This document shows, piece after piece, positions 1 through 10,221 of a stretch of DNA of 64,000 bases; position 1 is the first letter of the stretch, and the number at the start of each line of letters is the position of its first letter. The translations under genes and the position numbers were made by a program. Origin of the DNA: Pseudovirgaria hyperparasitica (taxonomy: Eukaryota); assembly GCA_010093815.1 (NCBI GenBank), contig ML996566.1; one strand, 5' to 3'. The notes below the pieces were generated by a model. That model was not told where the DNA came from. It saw only the letters and a program-made list of their open reading frames with translations, and did no database searches.

Positions 1-3000
1 TCGCGCACGATATACCCATTTCCTTTTTATCTCCATATATTGTAATATACCAACCAACCATCCATCCAACCCTCCATCTATCCCACTTCTCCTTCCCTCC
101 TTCCTGTCTCAGTCTCTTGGTTTTTCTTTCCCTTGTCGGACGCGAACAAAAAAGAGTTTCGGGGAGGGGTCTGGGCCTGTACAACTAGAACATGGTGCAT
201 TTTCCAACGGCGCTGCTTTTACTCAACGCTTGTTTCCTTTTCTTCGTCTTTTTCTTTTTCCGGTCGGTCTTGGCTAGCTTTGTTGGTGTGAGTTCCGCAT
301 TTACACCCCGGGGGCTGCTTGGGGGGGTTTTTTTTGGGGGGGGGATGGGAGGGGATACCCAAAAGAAAAAAGTTTCATCGATTTATACCATGGATCAGTC
401 TTTTTTTGGCGGGGGATTTGAGGGGCTTTAACTAGAGGCGGGGAGGAAACAGGAATTGGAATCGTGCGAACGAATGACTTGGATTGACTGAAGCGAGACG
501 TATGTTTCTTTTTTTTAGTAGTAGTAGATTTTTAGATGTTTAGATTTGTGGTTTGGGAGGGGATGATGGGAAGGGGGAAGGCCGCGCGAGCGGTAGTAGT
601 TTTAGTTTGAGATATGCTGTTATAGTTTATACCCCTTTTTAATGCTTGTGTTTGGTTTGGGATTTTGTTGTTGGTTTTGGGGTTTGTGTTTGTGTGTTTG
701 TGTATTAGTGTGTGTATCGTCTATCTACATCCATCCAGAGACACCGGACTAGTTGCAGTTGCATGCCCTGAGCGTACACATACATACACATACAGAGACA
801 GAGACAGATACACATACACATACACCCGTCCGTCCCGTCGCCACCATCATCGCCACCCGTTGTGGCGCTGCACAGACAATATATGCTCGTATGAACATCT
901 GCGGGATCCATTCCAGACTGTACTGTACTGTACTGTACCGTACCGTACTGCAGGACACGATATACCAGACGCGCCGGACCTCGTACCGTGGCGAATATGT
1001 ATGTATGCATGTCACGTCGCGTTGTGTCGACGGCTTGCGGTGGTATCTTGTGCTGTGTTTGATGTCCGGTGTATGGGTTTGTATGGGTTTGTATGGGTTT
1101 GTATGTATGTATGTGTTTGTATGTATGTATTTGTGCTTTTGCTGCGTGCGTGCGTGCGTGTGTGCGTGCGTGTGTGCGTGCATGCAGTATATATGTGTAG
1201 TATATGTATATGTACATGTACAGTGGTATATACTAGATCCGAAGATTGGACTGGACTGGCCTGGGCTGGACTAATTAGGCTTGTTATGTGTGTATGTATG
1301 TACCGTTGCTAGGATGTGCAAGGATGCACTTGTACTTGGTGTATGGGAGATGGATGTGGGTACTCGGGTGAGTGAGTGACTGACTGACATGTACGGTCTG
1401 CTTTGAGGGCAGTACGTGAAGTTTGCATGTATGTATGTATGTATGTATGTATGTATGTATACATGATACGCGAGTCATGGACGAGTCATGGACGAGTCAT
1501 GTACGAGTCATGGACGCGAGTATGTAGTGCTCGTCGTGTTTGATGCCTTGGATAGACTGGACTGGATGGGGATAGGAGAGGTCTGGAGGGCGCGATACTG
1601 ATATCGATACTGTGAATATACATATACGTCTATCGAGTCCATTCACTAATTACTCATGATCTTCTGCGATTTCGAGTTGGACTTGACTTCAGAAGCGGGA
1701 GAATGGAGTATGGCTGGCGTATATATCAGTACTGTAGGCACCTAATACGAATACCGTCTACCGGTCGGCAAGTATTAGGTAGGAGGTAATTGATATAAGC
1801 ATAAACACGCCCCCCCTTAGCCTTGGGATGACTCACTTCTCTCACTTCGCTCTCGCCAACCACGCCTCACGTCTGATGCCCGTGGTGGTGGTGGTGGTGG
1901 TGGTGGTCAGCGTCAGACATGGCAACAGCAATCTAAGTCATCTATTAAGAGTCATAAATTAGTGGTTAGTTAGTTAAAGGGGGGGTGGGCTGCCCTCGAA
2001 TGGAATGCATAGCAAGGTTAGGCAATGGATGGATGGATGGATGGATGAATGGGATGAAATGGGCAGCATCGCGTAATGGATTAATTAACGCTGACACGAC
2101 AGTCATCGTTGTTCTCCTCACATCAGCGTGGCCTGGGTCGGCATATACATTCAGCATACAGCATACAGCATACCTCGCGTGGGGAGGATGGCACTCACTT
2201 GTTAATCATCTCATACACCATCCCATACACCATCTCATCCCCTTACACACATCTATCTCATCTCATCTCATCTCATCCCATCCCTCCCTCCCCTACAAAA
2301 CTCCCCTTAGCCCACCTATCCAGTCGAGCCGATCCCAGCCCAGTCCATCCCCGCGCCGCAGCACAACATGGATGCCACCTAATTACCTCCTCCCCTTACG
2401 TGCTAATTACCCACTGTACTGTACCGTAGTAAGCAACGCTGCAGCCAACCTCAGGCTGAACCTATCTTAGCCTCCTGCACGTCGTTCTTTTTATACTACG
2501 CGCTTTGCTTGCTCGTCGATGTTTGCTGTCGTACTGTGCGCGCTTGACTGCTTGATTGATTGCCTTGCTTTTGGGTTGGGAATGGTTTGCCTGGATTTAG
2601 GATGGTTTGCTTTGTCCTGCCCTGCATTAGTTTGCTTCTTCGCCTTACTTTACTTTGCTGCGAGGGAAGGCGAAGAGGGACGGGGATGGTGAGGGTGAGA
2701 GGAAGGTATGTGCTTATGACGTTCCGCGATGAGCCATGTAGATGTCCCGTTATCGGATGTACAAGACGACAGAAAGGAAAAGTAAGGCAGAAGCAAGGCA
2801 GAAGCAAGGCAGAAAAACAAACCCTCCAACGACAAAAACAACAAATCAGCCAAAAACAAACAAATAAAAGCCAATAGCAAAACAACGATCAGATAGCAAT
2901 AATCAAAAACGAAACAATCGGATAATACGCCAAACGTAGATCGCAGATCGTCAAAAACGTAGAAACGCGCAACAAAAAGCCATGATGAAAACCCCCCAAA

Positions 3001-3300
3001 CAAAAAACACCCGGAACTCCTAACATAATCACCGTCGAAACGTCCCGCTAACACCACCAAGGAGGAAAAATCATATAGATCTACTTCTACACCTGCATCG
3101 ACGCACCAACACCTACATAATACAAAAACCAAGCCAACGAAATGTCCGAAAACACCATCTCCAGCACCCGCAGCCGTCGACCCTGCCTGCCCTGCGCTAC
3201 GCATCGTTCGCATTTAACAGTTAGTTAGTTCTCTGCGTTCGTTCTTGCATCGGCAGGATTCTCATCCGTCCCGCCCTGCCTGCCTACCTAGGTGTTTCGC
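1..3300. repeat. Low-complexity, microsatellite-rich non-coding region
   Basis: Contains (GTATGGGTTT)x3 at 1071-1100, (TACTG/TACCG)n ~918-950, (GTAT)n ~1428-1460, an 11-mer CGAGTCATGGA tandem ~1469-1520, (GTG)n ~1882-1907, (GGAT)n ~2025-2048, (CTCAT)n ~2255-2280, (AAGGCAGAAGC)n 2784-2814 and homopolymer runs. ORFs here translate to repeat-derived HTYT/VCVC strings. Confidence 0.85.
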
Positions 3301-4601
3301 ACGTTTCTACTGCAACTCTGCTGCTGTGTAATCAAGATTCATCCGTCCCCTGTTGGGTGTGTCTGTCCTCATTGGGTGTGACTGCGCTGCACAGCGGGGG
3401 CCTGTGGCAGCTAAACTTAGGCTGTAGTGGGCTTAGACTTAGACCTTAGGCTAAGATGTGCGTTTGCAGTGGGTTTTTGCGATATGCTGTGCTTTGCAAA
3501 GCAAACACGGGGGAGGATCTGATGTCTGGGCTTGGTGCTGGTGTTGGGGGGTATGGGAATGGTGGACTTGGGTGTTGTTTTATATACGTGATTTGAGAAG
3601 GTGGTTTGGTGTAGCAGTCGCAGTGGACGTGGGTTGTGGTGGGTGATGCTGTGTATTAGTGAGGCCGTATGTGCGGAGCAGCGAGCGCGGTGGATTATGA
3701 TAGCTCTACAGGAAAGGTGACATTTCGTTGTCAGTTGTTAGGCTGCTGTTCTGCTGCTACCTGTCTGGGATATCTAGATATTATACTTATAGCTATTCTT
3801 CGATGTTATATATAGATGTATACAGGATGCGGTAGGCTATGTATACATTGACTTGTATACGTTCATAAACTCCAAGCTTTTCTCTTCCAGGTCGCTAGTA
3901 TTAATACCCTCTCCTCACGCTATCATTAGCTACGTGATAATATAGTAATCTTAATCCCTCGATCGAGACAGTAGTGCGATATGTCATATACGAGAGACAT
4001 TGCGCCTGGAGCCGCGCGGTCATGTGCTACACCGTCTGAGAGACATCCAACTCACCGTTCGAAGCCCGCAGAACCTCACTCTATATACACTCTATATATA
4101 CGCTCTACGTCGTACCTGTGTATTGCTCAGTGATCCTTTCTGCATGCTTCAATACTGATCATAATGCCTAACAATCGCATACGTACGCTATACGCCGACA
4201 CTGCCCTCTTGGTGGTACGTCAGGATGTATACCACCGACTGCGTAGTCGATCGTAGACTTCGCTCTGCTATACCTCGCAGACTATCTATATCCAGTGATT
4301 GCAGGATCTACCGCAGGATGTATCGCGACACGATGCTCTTAGACAATTCAGCCTCCTATGCGCAGCAGGCTATGCGTACTCGCGATCTTCCTCGAGGCAG
4401 ACAATGGGATGCGATATACGCATGTTTGAGTTATAATTAGAGGAGCATACTTTTATCTATACTCCTGTTCAAGTATATAGGGAGTTAGACCGCATCTGCA
4501 AACTCACAGTAACAACTCTCGAGCATTCAGCACTGCTAAACATCAAGACTTTCACCAACCTACCACAGACCCTCCATAAGCACAACTCAAGACCTACAAT
4601 C

Positions 4602-5034
4602 ATGCATTTGACGCCCACCATCGTCGCCGTCCTGACTTCAGTCTCCCTCGCCAGAGCGACAGGCTGCTACTCCAAGGGCAGCGCATACTGGGGCAGCGGA
4701 GACAACATCGAGCGAGCCAAGGAGAACGCAAACAGGGCCTGTCACGGCAACCTGGGCGGCCGTGACTTCAACGCCGGCGAGGAGCGCAAGGCGTGTTTCA
4801 ACATCGCGGACAACAAGCGCGTCAACTTCATCATGTCGTACAAGCAGAATGATCCGAAGAGACATATGAGCACTGCCGACTGTAATCGTCACCTTGGCGA
4901 TCTCATCACTCGTTGCGATCGCGGTGGAGATGGGGATGATGGCAAGTGGTACTATAGGTGAGTCGAGTCTGCCGCAGGCTGGGCATGGCTAATCCGTTGC
5001 GAGCAGGTCGGATCCGAATGACGGCCGCTGCTAG
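4602..5034 (+). CDS. Small secreted cysteine-rich protein (effector-like; possibly glycan-binding Y3-like fold)
   Basis: Signal-peptide-like N-terminus MHLTPTIVAVLTSVSLARA. Intron 4958-5006 (GTGAGT..GCTAAT..CAG) joins ...KWYYR to SDPNDGRC*. The product has 6 Cys and a C-terminal DPNxGxC motif typical of a fungal secreted family. TATA-like GTATATAG near 4473. Confidence 0.85.
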
Positions 5035-5119
5035 GAGTCTTGAGGATATACAGATACGCTCCTTTCGAGACAGACGTTGAGATGATCGCTGGTCAGAGGA
5101 GGATTTGCTTTTCATGTAC

Positions 5120-6420
5120 CTACAAGCGTTAGCCCAGCACACAAATGGGAGAAACCAGTTCGGAATAGCTTGTCGTGCATCCCTGCGCTCTCCGCAAGAT
5201 ACACCAACTGGTCCCGCGCATGATCCAGCAGTAGTACTAATTACCTGAGCATAGTATGCATATCGTCGTCTCGTCTGTCAAGAACTGTCCGGACGGCCAC
5301 CAACAGATCCCTGCCTGCGCAAGGTAATTCCCGTGCCGAGTGGCTGGCACGCGTGAGGGGTATTGCAGCATCGCACTCGTATGACACCCAGCCTCTTCCT
5401 TGCGAGGAGGTTGGGAAGTGGATCTGACAATCCCTTCTTCTCCACTCTGGCCCCCCGACCGTTTGCCGTTGATTCGTCATGTGTTGGTTGGCTGCAGAAT
5501 TGCTGACAGGAGTTCGTGCCTTGCCTTAGGCCGTTCATCCATCCGCGGGGGCCTCGGTTGCGTGGCCTCCTCCCGGGTGGAGCGCAGTGTAATCATGATG
5601 CATTTGCGGATCCGCTTCTCCAACTCGAAGCCCGTATCGGCGCCGCCATCATCATGGCATAAACCTTAGGAAACGTCGCCGACGTCACCCAAGACCATGC
5701 GCATTCCGTCTTGAACAGCGGCACCCGCGCCATGTTCCAGACGTGAACCTCTTCGGGCAGTCGGTCCACGCCGCTATTATGAATAGCAATCCTACACCTG
5801 TTACCTGTATGACTGTCAGGTCGCCATGCCCGAAGGTACGCATGCATGAGGTTGAAACGAAACAGTTCCGTCCACTCACGGCCCTGCCTACCCCTCCCTT
5901 CTGCCACTCCGATCCTGCATGAATCCATGCCCTTCTGCAATGCCCAGCATATCATTCTCGCACGCTGACATGCCCATGTCATCCTGTAAGCCCCTCATTC
6001 CTATCCACCAGTGCGCGCGCAGGCCCTACCGGTCGCAGATACGGTCACAAGGAACCTCCTCATGCCCGCAAACTGCAGCGATGTCACCGCATCATCCAAT
6101 GGCCGGCGTCTCCAGCACTGCGTAAGCGCCCGTCCAAATGCCAGTGGCCCTTGAGGGTGTGGTGCTGCAGGCGAACTCCCTCGCCCGCGCTTGCGGCAGC
6201 CACTCAGTCCCTGAGCTGGACCCCCTGGCACGCAGCGGATATGGCCGCCACGATGGATTTGACTGGCTGTCTGCTTCCACGTGTGCGCCGGGAGGCGCGG
6301 ACGGACTACGGATCGGGGTAAGTGGGGTTGTAGGGGAGGGCCGACTGGGTCAGCGTCGGTGGGCTCCGGGAGGGAGGAAGGGAGGGAGGGGCTCGCTCTG
6401 ATTGTCGTTGGAAAAAGTTT
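5120..6420 (-). ncRNA. Candidate large structured non-coding RNA (~1.2 kb) with a 3'-terminal intron
   Basis: No convincing ORF. Many nested complementary segments (5426-5459 with 6355-6406; 5880-5915 with 6310-6342; 5751-5759 with 5827-5835; 5304-5324 with 5398-5426). G-U wobbles favour the minus strand. Minus-strand intron signals at 5244 (GTAATT), 5133-5128 (GCTAAC) and 5120 (TAG); CCAAT and TTTATA lie upstream on the minus strand. Confidence 0.45.
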
Positions 6421-7106
6421 CGAGACGGAGATGTAAAGGAAGGTTTCGTTACGAAGGTGGTATAAAGGATGGGTGGCTTTGGGTTGGTACAGGGACGTGG
6501 TCGTCCGTCGGAACGGAAAGGTGATTGGAAAATTGTTTTCCGCTTTAAACTTCACGTGATGGTTAAAATGCTCTACTGGGTCATGCCTGAAGATGAATAT
6601 GCGGCGCCACAATACCAACCCGAAATGTTCATGTACAGAGGCTCAACTGTAGAGACTGCCGTACCAATACTTGAATTCGCGGGTTTAAGTTGTCATTGAA
6701 CAGCCCCACGATGTTTGAGATGAGCTTGTGGAATCGACGCTCCACTCATCCGACGGACACTCGGCCGATTACACAATGTTGCAAACATTCAGCGTCTAGA
6801 ATCGTAGCAGTGACGGAGAATGTTGGCAGTCTATATCGAGTCAGAATTGGTGGCATTAAAATTCACACCAGCAGGCTAGTCGATCAACCAAAGGGCTAAG
6901 CTTTCGTGCTGTAATGATATCTAATGCATTCCCGATACTAAAGAAGACTGTAATGCCCATCAACGGCGAGAAATACGACGAGAAGAGGCGGAAATGCAAC
7001 CTCAAGAGTTGAACGTTATCACACATAGAGACCAGATTCGCATCGAAAGAATGTCTTGGATTATGACTGAGCAATAGCATTTCAGGAGTTTGTACCAAAA
7101 TTCCAA

Positions 7107-8036
7107 TCAAGAGGGCGACTGACGGCAAACTCCTAATCTACAAGCCTCGCAGAGGTCATTCATGTGTGGTAGTGTAGTCCTATGTTGGAAGACTGGTTGC
7201 TCCATCGGTACGCCTGCCCACTTCATAAGCCTGTACGCGACGCGATCAATATATGACTGCTCATCCAGCGAGAAAATCCCCAAATAGTTACAAAACTTGC
7301 ATCGCTGACCGAACACCATCGCGTTATATCCGTCGCCCGCGTACCCCCTAATCGAAATGGCTATCATTCCACTGCCCCAACAGGATGAACGGCAGGATTG
7401 GTTCTGGCACCTGAACCCGCCCCTGACGTATGTCGCAAAATTCTTGTCGCTGAGATTTCCCTCGTCGTCTTCTGCTTGCCACCAGATGGATGGAAGATGT
7501 TCGATCGTCGCTCTTGCAACTTGTGGATGAAGTAGCGGATACATGTACGTTGATGACGCTTCGACAGACGGTTCGACAAATCCGTCCAAGGAAGTGTGTG
7601 CGCTATCTCGAAGCCTGTGTCGACTTCGTAGATGCTTGCTCAGCACATCTGGGCTACCAAAGCCCCGATTACAGAGGTCGCATTCAAAGAAAGTTCTATG
7701 CGCCGATGAAACCTTCACATGCTCGCTGAGTGCATGTCGACTGTCGAAGGACATATCGCAAGCGTCACACCTAACATTATGTGCTGGCGAGTCGCGGATA
7801 TGCTGGTCGAGCGCATCTTCGCTGCCAAAAGACCGATCGCACGTGTCACACTCGAAAGTCTGAATATGTGCTGGAGAGTCTCGGACATGCTGGGCAAGTG
7901 CATCTTCGCTGCCAAAAGACCGATCGCAGGTGTCACACTCGAAAGTCTGAATATGTGCTGGAGAGTCGCGGATATGCTGGGCAAGTGCATCTTCGCTGCC
8001 AAAAGACCGATTACAGATGGCACAATGAGCAGCCAT
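7107..8036 (-). CDS. C2H2 zinc-finger repeat protein with C-terminal 3CxxC-type zinc-binding domain
   Basis: Five CxxC-x12-H-x(4-6)-H fingers (e.g. CDTCDRSFGSEDALAQHVRDSPAH), then GGFRCQNQSC..WGSG..VFGQRCKFC..PHMNDLCEACRLGVC, which matches the zf-3CxxC pattern. Intronless 309-aa ORF. Confidence 0.85.
   Translation of the reverse strand: MAAHCAICNRSFGSEDALAQHIRDSPAHIQTFECDTCDRSFGSEDALAQHVRDSPAHIQTFECDTCDRSFGSEDALDQHIRDSPAHNVRCDACDMSFDSRHALSEHVKVSSAHRTFFECDLCNRGFGSPDVLSKHLRSRHRLRDSAHTSLDGFVEPSVEASSTYMYPLLHPQVARATIEHLPSIWWQAEDDEGNLSDKNFATYVRGGFRCQNQSCRSSCWGSGMIAISIRGYAGDGYNAMVFGQRCKFCNYLGIFSLDEQSYIDRVAYRLMKWAGVPMEQPVFQHRTTLPHMNDLCEACRLGVCRQSPS
7779..8011. repeat. 87-bp near-perfect coding tandem repeat (~2.7 copies)
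   Basis: CTGAATATGTGCTGG recurs at 7860 and 7947, a period of 87 bp, which equals one 29-aa zinc finger. Confidence 0.9.
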
Positions 8037-10221
8037 TGGGACTCAGATTCAGATAGTACTGCGAGTGTGACTGCACATCTCACCGCTCATGAGGCTGGCT
8101 ATAAGTACTATTGCTCCATACAATCAGCCACATATAGCATGGATGGGCGACAAGGTATAATTGGACAGACAAAAGCATCAGGTATCTTTGCCAAAACTCG
8201 GTCCTTGTTGCAGCTGTCCCACATGCACACGCACGAAAACGTGTATCGTCTATCTCAGACTGAAAATGAATATTGCTTTGTGAGTGGTCATGCACGAAAA
8301 CATGTCACATAGACAGACAGGTATTGTGCACGTAGAATGCGCGACCACCTTTTCGCTCAGGGTATGATGAGACAAGCATGACCGACTCATTGACGTGGCA
8401 GCCTTGCTGCAGTCCCTCATCCCTACGCTTGAGAAGTCCACTACATACTTCCACCGAAACCATGCCTTCTCAGAGCTTCAGAGTCTCGATGATCGAGGCT
8501 ATATATCATCATCTCGATCACTCATGAGGAAGTCTTCTCAGATGCACACAAGGCTGGTGGGTTTATGACCTGACGGCAATGGTACGTCATGTGTCACAGC
8601 CTTGCATCTGCACACCGTGTTCATGCGTCCTGTAGAACTGATCAAGCGGATGCGCATCCACAGAAGATATTCCTGTGAGTGAAGTGCGTGTTTTTGTGGT
8701 CCAGAGACTGGCTGACTACGGCTACATTCTGAGCTGACGGGACACTCCTAGCATTATGGGCTGGATGTGCAAGAGCAATGGCACAAACGTATCTATGAAG
8801 CCTCTAGTCACGAATGATACTATTTTCAGACCTGTGAAGTCCTCTTTGAATTGTACTGTTAACTTTCTAGACATTTTGGACCACTAAATGAACTCTAATC
8901 ATTTGTCCTCCCGCCTGTAACAAATGATAGTTGAAGAGGTTAACTATCCACCATCATCGCATCCTCCAGATCAAGGGGCTTTGAGTTGGTACCTGCCCAC
9001 CCAATCGAATGCGATTCGCATCTGTGTAATCGAAATGTCAGCTTTTTCATGTCGTAACTGGATTATCATCACAGTCGAACATGATGTCTCAGCTTTACCC
9101 TCAATGTCAATAGACCTGATCATAATGTCTCCTTCCTCCTTCAGTGTAGATGAGAACGCCAGCATGCTTGATGATCTAATGCCCTCGCAAACACATGTCT
9201 TGTATCTTGAGTTTCATAGTCGTGTGAGTTCAAGAGGGATACCCCTTTACCTCGCCTACCTTCCATCACTTCAGCTGAAGAGGTCGTAGTGAGACGATTA
9301 TGTACTTTTCGTACGTAGAAGCAAATACATCAGAGTCAGAGCTCTATTAAGGGAAGCTTCCACATCCTTGCAAAGGAGTCAGCCGCCGCCTCGATATTTC
9401 CAGAGCACTACTGTACTTACTCTATCCATCGCGGAGAATTTGCCCCTTTTCATGATGTACTCCGTGGCTAAACGTGTAGGAGCGTGGTGACTGTTCTGGA
9501 CTTTAGCGGAGCAATCAATTCCAGGCTTAATCAAAGGCCGGACGGTATACCGAAATCTTGTTATGGTTATGGTTGGACCATTTACGTAAATAATGTTGAC
9601 TTGAGGGCAGTCTCACTGGGCTGAGACAGCATGGACGACTGTACTAGGAGAATAAAACTTGTAAAATAATATGTTGATGCACACCACGTCGTTTTCTCAT
9701 GATGTATGACTCTATTATGTCTCTTGATTTCTGCTTTAGTCGCAGAACTGCCCGGGGAATCCAACAAGCCTTCAACACATTGAGGTGGTTGGCGGTACTT
9801 GCCCTTATAAATTGTGCTGCTGGAGCTTGACAAAGTCGGATACTGAAATGCGGGATCCAGTCTAGCTCAGGACACCTTGTATCGCAAGAGAGAGATTCAG
9901 AATAGTCTATTGTTTTGGCCTGCTGTCCGATCAACGCTGATTCTCATCGTGTTTGGCTGGATAAACTGTTTGGACGGCGTGGAAGTGAATGAATTATCAA
10001 TGGAACAGTGTGTGTGACTACCAGCCAGGCAAGCCAGGCAATGCTCAACAGCCAACAATCAAACGAAGAAAGCTAATGCTGCCTGTGTTTTCGACTGCTC
10101 GAGCTACCCCCTCACAAGTAAACCGAGAGACTACTTCACAGCAGAACCCACTATGTCAAAAATCCAGCCGCCTCCCTTTCCTCCCGGCCATCAACCCACC
10201 AACAACACCACCCAACTCAAC

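Noticed and set aside
192..3213. Numerous overlapping ORFs in the first 3.2 kb
   Set aside because: Translations mirror the microsatellites (HTYT, VCVC, QKQ); no domain or coding bias.
3411..3456. TTAGGC/TTAGAC-like words as a telomeric remnant
   Set aside because: Only a few degenerate, non-tandem copies and no TTAGGG array.
4050..4075. GTTCGAAGCCC as a tRNA T-loop/B-box
   Set aside because: No T-stem pairing or cloverleaf.
5805..5880. Minus-strand intron-like GTGAGT..CTGAC..CAG
   Set aside because: Splicing gives no sensible protein that I could find, and helices cross its boundary; left unresolved.
5980..6000. GGGGCTTAC (minus strand) as RNase MRP CR-V; also RNase P, U1, U2, U3, SRP or snR30 identities for the structured region
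   Set aside because: Partner motifs (GAAAGUCCCC, GGAAAUUCGG, U1/U2 5' ends, SRP helix 8, m1/m2) were not found.
6001..6618. 205-aa minus-strand ORF
   Set aside because: Non-ATG start, Pro/Arg/Gly-rich GC artefact, no motif.
7719..8312. Repetitive plus-strand ORFs; 87-bp repeat as a CRISPR array
   Set aside because: Antisense shadows of the zinc-finger repeat; no spacers; eukaryotic DNA.
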